Shown in pieces: positions 50,858 through 60,029 of a stretch of DNA of 64,000 nt. Positions within the stretch are counted from its first letter, which is position 1; every line of letters starts with the position of its first letter. The stretch spans positions 288,001 to 352,000 of the forward strand of contig CBDBOV010000006.1 in NCBI GenBank assembly GCA_965208575.1, in the 5' to 3' direction. The notes beneath the pieces are model-generated. The model saw nothing but the letters and a program-made list of their open reading frames with translations. It was not told the DNA's origin and did no database searches. Source of the stretch: Spirochaetia bacterium (GTDB lineage Bacteria; Spirochaetota; Spirochaetia; SZUA-6; Bin103). Position numbers and translations under genes: made by a program.

Positions 50858-52353
50858 GCGCCGGCGCCCTCCGGGCGCAGCCACGCGCTGCCGCATACCT
50901 GCACGCGGCGCCCCACCAGGCGCGCCAGCGCCGCACCGGTGCGCGCCGCGTCCGCATCGACCCGGCGCCGCTGTGCCGCGCTCCGGCGCCGGCATGCGGC
51001 CAGGTCGAGATTACCGGCGGTACCGGTGGCAGTGCGCCTCGCCAACGCCATCTCCGCCTCGACACTCAGATCATCTCGTTCAGCCGCACCGCCCTTCATA
51101 CCGGTGGCGGTGCGCCTCGCCAACGCGGCCTGGGCGTCGCCGGGCAGATCGCCACCGTCACCCGCGGCCGCACCGGCGGCGGCCCGGTAGGCGTCGCGAA
51201 ACGCCATGCCGCCGCGCACCAGCGCGAATGCGTGGTCGGTCGCGAACAACTCCGGCGTCAGCGCGCGTGCCAGGGCGTCCTCGTCCACCTGCAGCCGGTC
51301 CACGGTCAGGCGCATCACGCTGAGCTGGCCAGCCACCATCTCCAGCGCGTGCAGGTAGGGGCGCTTGGTTTCCTGCAGGTCGCGGTGGTAGCCGCTCGGC
51401 AGGTTGCGGACGATGCCCTTCACGGCGCCGGCGAACCCCGCCACGGTAGCCGACCGCGCCCGCACCAGCTCCAGGCCGTCCGGGTTGTGCTTGTGCGGCA
51501 TGATGCTGCTGCCGGTACACAGCTCCACCGGCAACGTCACGTAGCCCAGCTCCGGCAGGGAGAACAGGATCAGGTCCTGGGCCAGGCGGCTCAGTGTCAT
51601 CGCCACCTGGTCGAGGGCGTCCAGAGTGGCCGACTCCAGCTTGCCGCGGCTGTTGGCCGCCGCCAGCACGTTGTGCACCGGGCCGTCGCAGCCAAGCAGG
51701 TCCGCCACCTGATCGCGGTCGAGCGGCAGCGGCGCGCCGTAGCCGGCCGCCGACCCGAGCGGCGACCGGTTGGTCAGCCGGTAGCAGATCTCCAACAGGG
51801 CCAGGTCGTCGAGCAGCTCCTCGGCGAACGCCGCCGCCCACAACCCCAGGGTCGACGGCATCGCAACCTGCGTGTGGGTGCGCCCCGGCATACTGCGCCG
51901 CTCATGATCGGCGGCGAACGCCAGCAGCGAATCGGCCAGGTCGAGCACCAGGCCCTGCAGCGCCGCCAGCGCGTCGCGCCCGTACAGGCGCAGGGCGGCC
52001 ATCACCTGGTCGTTGCGCGACCGGCCGGTGTGGATGCGCGCGCCGGCCGCGGTGTGCCGGGTCAGGAAGCGCTCCAGGGCGGTGTGGCCATCCTCGTCGG
52101 CGCGCTCAATGACGAACGCGCCCTGCTCCGCCTGTTCCAGCGCCGCCAGCAGGCCGCCGCGCAACTCCTCCAGGTCACCGGGCCCGATCACGTCGATGGC
52201 CGCCAGCATGGTCGCGTGCGCCAGCGAGGCGACGCAATCCGCCGCCACCAGGGCGCCGTCGAGCAGGTAGTCGTCGCCGACCGTGAACCGCTCGATCAGC
52301 GCATCCAGCGGTTCGCTCTTGTCCCAGAGCTTGCCGCCGGACGAGCTAGTCAT
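50854..52353 (-). CDS. argH: argininosuccinate lyase
   Basis: KLW, IHTGRSRNDQV, MPGRTHTQ, GSSIMPHKHNP, LPSGYHRDLQ, FRDAY. Confidence 0.92.
   Translation of the reverse strand: MTSSSGGKLWDKSEPLDALIERFTVGDDYLLDGALVAADCVASLAHATMLAAIDVIGPGDLEELRGGLLAALEQAEQGAFVIERADEDGHTALERFLTRHTAAGARIHTGRSRNDQVMAALRLYGRDALAALQGLVLDLADSLLAFAADHERRSMPGRTHTQVAMPSTLGLWAAAFAEELLDDLALLEICYRLTNRSPLGSAAGYGAPLPLDRDQVADLLGCDGPVHNVLAAANSRGKLESATLDALDQVAMTLSRLAQDLILFSLPELGYVTLPVELCTGSSIMPHKHNPDGLELVRARSATVAGFAGAVKGIVRNLPSGYHRDLQETKRPYLHALEMVAGQLSVMRLTVDRLQVDEDALARALTPELFATDHAFALVRGGMAFRDAYRAAAGAAAGDGGDLPGDAQAALARRTATGMKGGAAERDDLSVEAEMALARRTATGTAGNLDLAACRRRSAAQRRRVDADAARTGAALARLVGRRVQVCGSAWLRPEGAGA
51021..51126. repeat. 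28-bp direct repeat 78 bp apart within argH (ALARRTATG x2)
   Basis: 51021-51048 and 51099-51126, 1 mismatch. Confidence 0.85.
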
Positions 52354-52358
52354 GCACG

Positions 52359-53936
52359 CTAGCCATGCACCGCGGCCAGCGCTCCCGCGGCCACCAGGTT
52401 GAGCATTTTCTCGGTGGCCTGCGCCGCGGCCAGCACCTGGTCGCTGTGCACGCCCTTGGTGTTGAACACCTCGCCCGGGCGGTCGGGATAGTTCCAGGTG
52501 ATGGAACACTGAACCAGCGCATCCGACTTGCCGCCGGGCGGAATGGACACGTTGTAGTCGGCCAGCCGCGGCAGCCTCAGGTTCAGCTTGCGCGCGATGC
52601 TGCGCACGGCGTTCATGAACGCGTCGTAGCCGCCGTCGCCCTGGTCGCTCGCCTCGTATTCGTCGAACTCGCCCGTGCCGTTGCGGCGCGCCAGCTTGAT
52701 GGTGGCGACCGGCTTGAGGCCGATGCTCGACACGACGATGCAACGGCGCAGGATGAACTCGCGGTCGTGCGGCGTCTCCAGCACGTCGGAGATGATGAAC
52801 GGCAGGTCGTCCTGGGTGATGGTCTGCTTGCGGTCCGCCAACTCCTTGATGCGCTCCAGCACCAGCCGCGATTGCTCGTCGTCGAGCACGATGCCGAGGT
52901 CCGCCAGGTTGAACTCCAGGCTGCGCTTGCCGCTCAGCTTGCCGAGCGCGTAGCGGCGCCGGCGGGCGAACCGCTCCGGCGACAACCGGCTGGCGTACAG
53001 ATCCCCCTTGTGGTCGCCGTCGGCGTGGATGCCCGCGGTCTGCGTGAACACGTTGGGGCCGACGATCGGCTTGTTGAAGGACACCCGCCGCCCGGAGAAC
53101 ACCTCCACCCGCTCGCTGGCGGTGATCAGCTTGGTCTCGTCGATGTGCGTGCGGCGCCCGAGAAAATCGTGGATGCCGACCACCACCTCGTCGAGCGGCG
53201 TGTTGCCGGCGCGCTCGCCCATGCCGTTGATGGTGCAATGCACGCAGGAAGCGCCGGCCTCCACGGCGGCCAGGGTATTCGCGGTCGCCACGCCGTAGTC
53301 GTCGTGGCCGTGAAAGTCGAAGCGCAGCCCGGGGTAGCGGCTCACCAGGCTGCCGACGAAGCCCCTGACCTGCGGGGGCGACAGCAGGCCCAGCGTGTCG
53401 GGCAGCATGATGCGCCACAGCCCCATGCCGGCGAGTTCGTCGAGCATCGCCAGCACGTAGTCGGGCGAGTCGAGCATGCCCCCCGACCAGTCCTCCAGGT
53501 AGATGTTGCAGCGCACGCCGTGGTCGCCGGCATACTCCACCGTGGCGCCGATGTCGGCGAAGTGTTCGGATGGCTGCTTGCCGAGCTGGGTGGTGACGTG
53601 GCGCAACGAGCCCTTGGCCAGCAGGTTCATCACCGTACAGCCCAGATCCCGTATCCAGTCCACCGAGCGGTGCACGTCGGTGAAGCCAAGTACTTCGATG
53701 GAGTCGGTTCGGCCCTGCTCCTGCGCCCAGGCGATCACCTCGCGCACCGCGCCGCGTTCGCCTTCGCTGACCAGTGCACTGGTCAACTCGACGTGGTCCA
53801 CGCGCACGTCCTCGAGCAGCACCTTGGCGATGGCCAGCTTCTCGCCGGGCGTGTAGCTCACGTCCTGCATCTGCTCGCCGTCGCGCAGGGTGGTGTCCAG
53901 AACCTCGATGGCGGGCAGCAGACCGGCCTCGACCAT
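52359..53936 (-). CDS. cimA: citramalate synthase / LeuA-family DRE-TIM enzyme (Leptospira/Bacteroides CimA type)
   Basis: DTTLRDGEQ, NLLAKGS, NIYLEDWS, HGHDD, QTAGIHADGD, YALGKLSG, GDGGYDAFMNA, IPPGGKSDALV. Confidence 0.75.
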   Translation of the reverse strand: MVEAGLLPAIEVLDTTLRDGEQMQDVSYTPGEKLAIAKVLLEDVRVDHVELTSALVSEGERGAVREVIAWAQEQGRTDSIEVLGFTDVHRSVDWIRDLGCTVMNLLAKGSLRHVTTQLGKQPSEHFADIGATVEYAGDHGVRCNIYLEDWSGGMLDSPDYVLAMLDELAGMGLWRIMLPDTLGLLSPPQVRGFVGSLVSRYPGLRFDFHGHDDYGVATANTLAAVEAGASCVHCTINGMGERAGNTPLDEVVVGIHDFLGRRTHIDETKLITASERVEVFSGRRVSFNKPIVGPNVFTQTAGIHADGDHKGDLYASRLSPERFARRRRYALGKLSGKRSLEFNLADLGIVLDDEQSRLVLERIKELADRKQTITQDDLPFIISDVLETPHDREFILRRCIVVSSIGLKPVATIKLARRNGTGEFDEYEASDQGDGGYDAFMNAVRSIARKLNLRLPRLADYNVSIPPGGKSDALVQCSITWNYPDRPGEVFNTKGVHSDQVLAAAQATEKMLNLVAAGALAAVHG

Positions 53937-53991
53937 GGCATCGGATCTCAACGGGCGGCCTCCGTGGCAACCGCCACAGCCCCATCAACCC

Positions 53992-54027
53992 AAACAAAAT
54001 GGGCCGTGGGCGTGCAACCCACGGCCC
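53992..54027 (-). terminator. intrinsic terminator in the cimA 5' leader (attenuator-like)
   Basis: Perfect 10-bp stem GGGCCGTGGG/CCCACGGCCC (54001-54027), 7-nt loop, followed on the minus strand by ATTTTGTTT. Confidence 0.7.
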
Positions 54028-54137
54028 GCTGCCGGCGCAAAGCGCCGTGGCACGGAGGCCGCGGGCAGCGGAGCCCCGGAATGCAACGAATGGCGGCTGT
54101 GATCGGTCTGGTCCGTGCCATGTCGGTCGTTTGCGAA

Positions 54138-54166
54138 ACGATACCCTCGCCCAAGCGGTCGGTCAA
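54138..54166 (-). promoter_or_regulatory. putative sigma70 promoter of the cimA operon
   Basis: TTGACC, 17 bp, TATCGT on the minus strand. Confidence 0.5.
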
Positions 54167-54181
54167 CCGGCCGGTCGCCGC

Positions 54182-55619
54182 GGGTGCGAACGCCGAAAGC
54201 GGTAGCAAATCATTGACTCTGAGGCGGAAAAAAGGTCTACCTACCCCACGACACCACACCATGGGGAGGTAGACCATGAATACGGAAGGACTTATAACGG
54301 CCGCCGAGGGCCTTGTCAAGGAGTTGCAAGGGCGCATCAACGGCGGCCGGATGGATCTCCAGGAGGCGGAAGCCAAGATCCTTGAGATGGTGAACTGGAT
54401 CGGCGACGAGATGGTGCAGGAAGTGGTAGCCGGACTCGCGGAGCCGACATCCGCCAACCAGATCACGGTTGGCGGTGAGGTGGCAGTGTTCGAGCGGGTG
54501 CGTAACCTGCGGTTCATCAACCGCTTCGGCGAAGAAGTGGTGCACCCGCGGCGCTGCTACCGGTACCGGCACCGGAGCGGAGGCGTGGCGCCGCTGGATG
54601 TGAAGCTGGGGATCGACGGGTGCTTCGGATTCTCACCGCTGATGACGTACCTGATCTGCATGCTGGGCGCGGATGAGTCGTATGCCGGTGCAGCGGCAAA
54701 ACTGGAGGCGATGCTCGGGTTCAAGGTGAGCTCGACGGCGGTGCAGCGCACTACCGAGAAGACGGGAGAGCGGATACCCGATACCCCCGACGATCTAATT
54801 GATGAGCAGCGTCAGCGGCAGCCATGTTCCCTGATGGTGGTCGAGGTAGACGGAACGACGAGCCCGCAGATCACGGAGCAGGAAGGGATTACTGGTCTTG
54901 CCAGCCTCCGGGCGCCGACCTGTTACAAGGAGTGCAACCTGATAGTCATCGAGAAGCACGATGATGGCAAGGTGATCGACCGCTGGACCGGAGGACGCTA
55001 TGGACCACGCGGTGAGTTTGCCGGCTACGCCGAGCAGGCTGGACTGCGAATGGGCTTCCTGGACGCTCCACGAACGCTGTTCCTCGGTGATGGTGCACAC
55101 CACAACTGGGAACTGCAGCAGACCCACTTCCCCGGCGCGATACCGATCCTGGACTACTACCACGCGGCTGAGCACCTCGCCGATTACTGCAAGCTGCTGT
55201 CTGCTACGCTACGCGATGCCGTCGAGCGCAGCTTGTCCACGATGATGTGGGAAGGCGAGGTGCTGCAGATGATCCACGAGATGAAGCGTTCACTGTCGAA
55301 GGTCACCGATACTGACGAAGCGTGGAAGCAGATCAACTACTTCACGAACAACCAGGACCGTATGGACTATGCCCGTTACCGCGATCTCGGGTGGCCGATC
55401 GGCAGTGGCTTGGTCGAAGGGCAGTGCAAATTGGTTGTCGGTCGACGCTTCAAGGGCAACGGGATGAGATGGCGACCGCACGACAACCGCTGCGTGCTAC
55501 GCACCCGTCTGGCTCTGCTCAACGGCGACCTCAAGCGCTATTTCAGTCCTCCTGACGACTGCGAGATCAAAGCGGCCTGATCGTGTCAACCCCTGTTACC
55601 GCTTTTGGCATTGGCACCC
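54182..55619 (+). mobile_element. complete insertion sequence, ISKra4/ISLre2-type (Mutator-like), 1438 bp
   Basis: 26-bp terminal inverted repeats (GGGTGCGAACGCCGAAAGCGGTAGCA vs reverse complement GGGTGCCAATGCCAAAAGCGGTAACA, 22/26); 8-bp target duplication GTCGCCGC at 54174-54181 and 55620-55627. Confidence 0.93.
54276..55580 (+). CDS. ISKra4-type DDE transposase
   Basis: EVDGT, LGDGA, ILDYYHAAEHL, IGSGLVEGQCK..RFKGNGMRW. Confidence 0.9.
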   Translation: MNTEGLITAAEGLVKELQGRINGGRMDLQEAEAKILEMVNWIGDEMVQEVVAGLAEPTSANQITVGGEVAVFERVRNLRFINRFGEEVVHPRRCYRYRHRSGGVAPLDVKLGIDGCFGFSPLMTYLICMLGADESYAGAAAKLEAMLGFKVSSTAVQRTTEKTGERIPDTPDDLIDEQRQRQPCSLMVVEVDGTTSPQITEQEGITGLASLRAPTCYKECNLIVIEKHDDGKVIDRWTGGRYGPRGEFAGYAEQAGLRMGFLDAPRTLFLGDGAHHNWELQQTHFPGAIPILDYYHAAEHLADYCKLLSATLRDAVERSLSTMMWEGEVLQMIHEMKRSLSKVTDTDEAWKQINYFTNNQDRMDYARYRDLGWPIGSGLVEGQCKLVVGRRFKGNGMRWRPHDNRCVLRTRLALLNGDLKRYFSPPDDCEIKAA

Positions 55620-55740
55620 GTCGCCGCGCACGCGGTTGACGTTCCGGAGGGCCGCTCGCTACGTTAGCTGCGTCGCTGACCGCGGTTGCGGCAGCGAACG
55701 AACAGTCCGAACTCACCACGCCGCGCTGGCGGCGTGTCAC

Positions 55741-55773
55741 CGTTGCCTGGATCGCGCGTCGACCGGGACGACG
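55741..55773 (+). ncRNA. pan-motif-like cis-regulatory hairpin upstream of panB
   Basis: CGTTG-CCTGG-A-TC/loop/GA-CCGGG-A-CGACG: a stem with two bulged adenosines on opposite sides, in a ~180-nt leader downstream of TTGACG-18-TACGTT. Confidence 0.5.
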
Positions 55774-55847
55774 TTGTCATTCTGAACGCCTTCCCGGCGC
55801 ACCGTCTGCAACGGAGCGAGAGTACGACTGGTGGCAGAGGAACCGCC

Positions 55848-56756
55848 GTGGAACGCGACAAGGTCACCGTCCGTCACATCACCAAGCGCACCGGCAGCGC
55901 GCCGCGCCTGGCGATGATTACCGCCTACGACTTCTACAGCGCCCGCTTCGCCGACCGTGCCGGGGTGGACCTGATCCTGGTCGGAGACAGCCTCGGTTCG
56001 TTCATGCTCGGTTATCCCGGCACGGTGCCGGTCACCATGGAAGAGATGATCCACCACTGCCGTGCCGTGACCCGCGCCGTTCCCGCCGCCTTCGTGGTGG
56101 GCGATCTCCCGTTCGGCTCCTACCAGACTTGCACGCGCGATGCGGTGGCCAACGCCGTGCGCCTGGTCAAGGAGGGCGGCTGCGAGGCGGTCAAGCTGGA
56201 GGGCGGCGTGGAGCGCACCGAGGCGATCGCCGCCATCGTCGCCGCCGGTATCCCGGTGATGGGCCACGTCGGGCTCGGGCCGCAGTCGGAACACCGGCAC
56301 GGCGGCTACCGGGTGCAGGGCCGCACGGCGGAAGTCGCCGGGCGGGTGCTGCGCGACGGCATCGCGGTTGCCGAGGCGGGCTGCTTCGCCATCGTGATCG
56401 AGGCGGTGCCGCGCAGGGTGGCGGAAGCGGTGACCAGCCGTGTGCCGGTAGCCACCATCGGCATCGGCGCCGGCCCCGCGTGCGACGGCCAGGTGCTGAT
56501 CTACCATGAGGTGATCGGCATGCACACCGGTCAGGCGCCGCGCTACGTCAAGCAGTACGCGGCGGTCGGCGAGCAGATCAGCGCCGCCGTGACCCGCTAT
56601 TGCAGCGAGGTGCGCGGCGGGAAGTTCCCGGACCGCGAGCACAGCTACCTCATGGAGCAGTCGGAGCTGAACCGTTTTCGCGAGCGCTCCGCCGAGCCGG
56701 GGTCACCGCCGGGTGAGCCGCTTCCGGCCCCGCGCTCCACCGGAGCGGAGCGCTAG
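55848..56756 (+). CDS. panB: 3-methyl-2-oxobutanoate hydroxymethyltransferase
   Basis: MITAYD, LVGDSLG, DLPFGSY, VKLEGG, IGIGAG..DGQVL. Confidence 0.95.
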   Translation: MERDKVTVRHITKRTGSAPRLAMITAYDFYSARFADRAGVDLILVGDSLGSFMLGYPGTVPVTMEEMIHHCRAVTRAVPAAFVVGDLPFGSYQTCTRDAVANAVRLVKEGGCEAVKLEGGVERTEAIAAIVAAGIPVMGHVGLGPQSEHRHGGYRVQGRTAEVAGRVLRDGIAVAEAGCFAIVIEAVPRRVAEAVTSRVPVATIGIGAGPACDGQVLIYHEVIGMHTGQAPRYVKQYAAVGEQISAAVTRYCSEVRGGKFPDREHSYLMEQSELNRFRERSAEPGSPPGEPLPAPRSTGAER

Positions 56757-57713
56757 ATGCGCGTCGTATCCCGCGCCGACGACGTGCGCGCGGCACGGCG
56801 CGCCGTCACCGGTGTCGCCGGCCTGGTGCCCACGATGGGTGCCCTGCACGCCGGCCACATCGCGCTGGTGCGCGCCAGCCGCGCCGAGTGCGACCACACG
56901 GCGGTCAGCATATTCGTGAACCCGGCGCAGTTCGACGACCGCGACGACCTGGACGCGTACCCGCGCGACCTCGATCGCGACCTCGAACTGCTCGCACGGG
57001 AAGGCGTCGACCTGGTGTGGACTCCGCCGCCGCAAGAGGTGTATCCCGCCGGCTTTCAGACCTACGTGCACGTGCGCGACCTGTCACGGCCACTGGAGGG
57101 GGCCGCGCGCCACGATCACTTCACCGGCGTCGCCACGGTGGTCACCAAGCTGCTGCTGTTGTTCGCACCACGGCGCGCCTACTTCGGCCGCAAGGACGCG
57201 CAGCAGCTTGCCGTGGTGCGCCGACTGGCCGACGATCTCGGGCTGCCGGTCACCATCGTCGGCTGCCCCACCGTGCGCACCACGGACGGCCTCGCCCTGA
57301 GTTCCCGCAACGAACTGCTGAGCGACCGCGGCCGCCGGCGCGCCACGGCGTTGTACCGCGGCCTGTTGGCCGCCGGCGGTGCCTGGCTGGGCGGCGAACG
57401 GCGCCGCGAGTCGCTGCTCGGCCGGGCGCGCGAAGCGATCGTCGCCGCCGGCGTGGACCTGGAATACCTGAGCCTCGCCGATGCCGACAGCCTGCAGGAG
57501 CTGCCGGACGACGTCCACGCACCGCGCGCCTTGCTGTCGCTGGCCGCCCGCGTGGAAGGTGTGCGGCTCATCGACAATGTCATGTTGCCGGACGACGTGG
57601 CGCCGCACCCGGCACAGGGCGGCGCCGAATGCCCCGGTCACCTTCGTACCGGCGCCGTTCGCCCTTCCGGCGCCGATTGGGAACCTGCCGCATGCTGCTC
57701 GGTATCGACGTAG
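56757..57713 (+). CDS. panC: pantoate-beta-alanine ligase
   Basis: VPTMGALHAGH, SIFVNPAQF, FGRKDAQQ, ALSSRN, RLIDN. Confidence 0.95.
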   Translation: MRVVSRADDVRAARRAVTGVAGLVPTMGALHAGHIALVRASRAECDHTAVSIFVNPAQFDDRDDLDAYPRDLDRDLELLAREGVDLVWTPPPQEVYPAGFQTYVHVRDLSRPLEGAARHDHFTGVATVVTKLLLLFAPRRAYFGRKDAQQLAVVRRLADDLGLPVTIVGCPTVRTTDGLALSSRNELLSDRGRRRATALYRGLLAAGGAWLGGERRRESLLGRAREAIVAAGVDLEYLSLADADSLQELPDDVHAPRALLSLAARVEGVRLIDNVMLPDDVAPHPAQGGAECPGHLRTGAVRPSGADWEPAACCSVST

Positions 57714-58525
57714 GCAACAGCAACATCGTCCTCGGCGTGTTCGACGGCGCCGAGTTGCGCGCGAGCTGGCGTATCCAGACGCGCATCCTGGCCACCTGCG
57801 AGGAGTACGAGGTGCTGGTCGGCGGGTTGCTCGCAGCCGCCCACCTCGACCCGTCGACGATCGACGGGGTGGCCCTGGCCAGCGTGGTCCCCCCGCTCAC
57901 CGCCGCGTTCGCCGACCTGGCGCAGCGGATGTTCCACCGGCCGCCGCTGGTGGTGGACGCCGGCGTCAAGACCGGGGTGAAGGTGCGCTACGACAGCCCG
58001 CGCGACGTCGGCGCCGACCGCGTGGTCAACGCGGCGGCCGTGTGCAGCCACTACGGCACGCCGGCGTGCATCATCGACTTCGGCACCGGCACCACCTTCG
58101 ACGCCATCAACGCGGCCGGCGAGTACCTGGGCGGGGCGATCGCGCCCGGACTGGAGATCTCCCTGCAGGCGCTGGCCGGGCGCACCGCGCGGTTGCCGAA
58201 CGTGGAACTGAGGCCGCCGCCGGCGTCGATCGGGCGCAACACCGTGCATGCCATGCAGTCCGGACTGGTGTTCGGCTACGTCGCCCTGGTGGAAGGGATG
58301 GTGGAGCGGTTCCGCTCCGAGCTGGGGCCGGGCATGCGCGTCATCGGCACCGGTGGACTGGCCGACGTGATCGCCGGCGAGACCACGGTAATCGAACGGA
58401 TCGATCCCTGGCTTACGCTGAAGGGGCTGCGCATCGTGTACGACCTCAACCGCGACCAGCCCCCGGACGCACCATCGCCAGGCTGGCGCGGAAACTCGGC
58501 ACCAGGAACGGGAGCCATGGCATGA
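57692..58525 (+). CDS. coaX: type III pantothenate kinase
   Basis: LGIDVGNSN, ASVVP, VGADR, IDFGTGTT, GGAIAPG, LTLKGL. Confidence 0.95.
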   Translation: MLLGIDVGNSNIVLGVFDGAELRASWRIQTRILATCEEYEVLVGGLLAAAHLDPSTIDGVALASVVPPLTAAFADLAQRMFHRPPLVVDAGVKTGVKVRYDSPRDVGADRVVNAAAVCSHYGTPACIIDFGTGTTFDAINAAGEYLGGAIAPGLEISLQALAGRTARLPNVELRPPPASIGRNTVHAMQSGLVFGYVALVEGMVERFRSELGPGMRVIGTGGLADVIAGETTVIERIDPWLTLKGLRIVYDLNRDQPPDAPSPGWRGNSAPGTGAMA

Positions 58526-59766
58526 ACGACTCATCGCACACCCGCGGCGGCGTGCTGGCCGGCGCCCGCGTCGTGGTCGGCGTTACCGGCAGCATCGCCG
58601 CCTACAAGGCGGCCGCACTGGTCAGCGCGCTGGTGCAGCACCGCGCTCGGGTCGACGTGATCCTCTCCGAAGCCGGCGCGCGCTTCGTGACCGCCGCCAC
58701 CTTCGCCGCGCTGACGCCCGGCGAGGTGCACACCGGCATGTTCGCGCCGCGCGGCATACCGCACGTCGCGCTGGCGAACAACGCCGACCTCCTGGTGGTG
58801 GCCCCTGCCACCGCCAGGACCCTCGCCCGACTTGCGCACGGTACCGCCGACGACCTGCTCGCGCTCACCGCACTCGGCACCCGCGCACCGCTCCTGGTGG
58901 CGCCGGCGATGGAAGCGGAAATGTGGACCCACCCCGCGACCCGGCGCAACGTCGCACAGTTGCAGGCCGACGGCGTGGCGGTGGCCGGCCCGGTCAGCGG
59001 CCGCCATGCGTCCGGGGAGGGCGGCGCCGGCCGCATGCTGGAGCCGGATGCCCTGATCGGGCACATTCGCCGGCTCCTCGGCGCCGGCGGCGACCTGGCC
59101 GGCAAGCGCTGCCTGGTGACCGCCGGCGGCACCCGCGAGCCGCTCGATCCGGTGCGCGTCCTGGGCAACCGCTCGAGTGGCAAGATGGGCGCCGCCCTGG
59201 CGCGTGCGGCACGCGACCGCGGCGCCGCGGTAACCCTGGTCACCACCGCCGCGCCGCCGGTCGACGACGCCGGCTTCGACATCCGGCGCGTGGCGACCGC
59301 GGCCGAGATGCACGCCACCGTGATGGCCGACCTGCCCGGCCACGACCTGCTGCTGATGGCCGCCGCGGTCGCCGACTACCGTCCGGCGGCGCCGGCGCAG
59401 CGAAAGATCAAGAAGAGCGCCGGCGGCAGGCGTCTGACGCTCGACCTGGAGCGCACCGACGACATCATTGCCGCCGCTTCCGCACGGCGACGCTCCGCGG
59501 GCGCCGCCGCGCCGGTGATCGTCGCCTTCGCCGCGGAAACCGAACGGTTGGAGGAGCGCTCCCGCGACAAGCTGTCCGCCAAAGCCGTGGACATGGTGGT
59601 CGGCAACCTGGTCACCGGCGACGCCGGCAGCAGCGTGTTCGGGTCGGACCACAACGAGGTGCTGCTGGTGACGCCGGAGCAGCCCACCGTGGAACTGCCG
59701 CCCATGGCCAAGGAGCAGGTTGCCCACCACATCCTCGACGCTGCGCGGAAGCTGCTCGCAGGGTAG
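58522..59766 (+). CDS. coaBC: bifunctional PPC decarboxylase / PPC synthetase
   Basis: GVTGSIAAYKA, APATA, APAM, TAGGTREPLDPVR..NRSSGKMG, AAVADY, FAAET. Confidence 0.95.
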   Translation: MNDSSHTRGGVLAGARVVVGVTGSIAAYKAAALVSALVQHRARVDVILSEAGARFVTAATFAALTPGEVHTGMFAPRGIPHVALANNADLLVVAPATARTLARLAHGTADDLLALTALGTRAPLLVAPAMEAEMWTHPATRRNVAQLQADGVAVAGPVSGRHASGEGGAGRMLEPDALIGHIRRLLGAGGDLAGKRCLVTAGGTREPLDPVRVLGNRSSGKMGAALARAARDRGAAVTLVTTAAPPVDDAGFDIRRVATAAEMHATVMADLPGHDLLLMAAAVADYRPAAPAQRKIKKSAGGRRLTLDLERTDDIIAAASARRRSAGAAAPVIVAFAAETERLEERSRDKLSAKAVDMVVGNLVTGDAGSSVFGSDHNEVLLVTPEQPTVELPPMAKEQVAHHILDAARKLLAG

Positions 59767-59816
59767 CCCGGACGCCCTTGGCAGCCGGTGGCGAAACACC
59801 GGCTGCATTGCGGCGA

Positions 59817-60029
59817 TCAGGCTTTCGGGCGCTCCTCGGCGTCGTCCGCGGGATGCGCTTCCTCGTCCTTGCGCTCTTCCTCCGCCTGGCGGGCGCCGTC
59901 GCGCTGGCCCTTCTCGAATTCCTTCTTGGCGCGTCCCACCGAACGCGCGAAGCGCGGGATCGCGGAGGCGCCGAACAACACCAGCACCACCCCGCCGATA
60001 ATGATCCACTCTGCGCCGCCTGGTATCAT
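59817..60029 (-). CDS. tatA: twin-arginine translocase subunit TatA/E
   Basis: EWIII..VLFG..IP..RSVG.A.KEF.KG. Confidence 0.88.
   Translation of the reverse strand: MIPGGAEWIIIGGVVLVLFGASAIPRFARSVGRAKKEFEKGQRDGARQAEEERKDEEAHPADDAEERPKA

Noticed and set aside
50854-53997. 1047-aa ORF suggesting a fusion upstream of argH (likewise the extended ORFs of alaA, mtaB, gntR and coaBC)
   Set aside because: N-terminal parts are Arg-rich off-frame readings of the preceding gene; internal starts give normal-length proteins.
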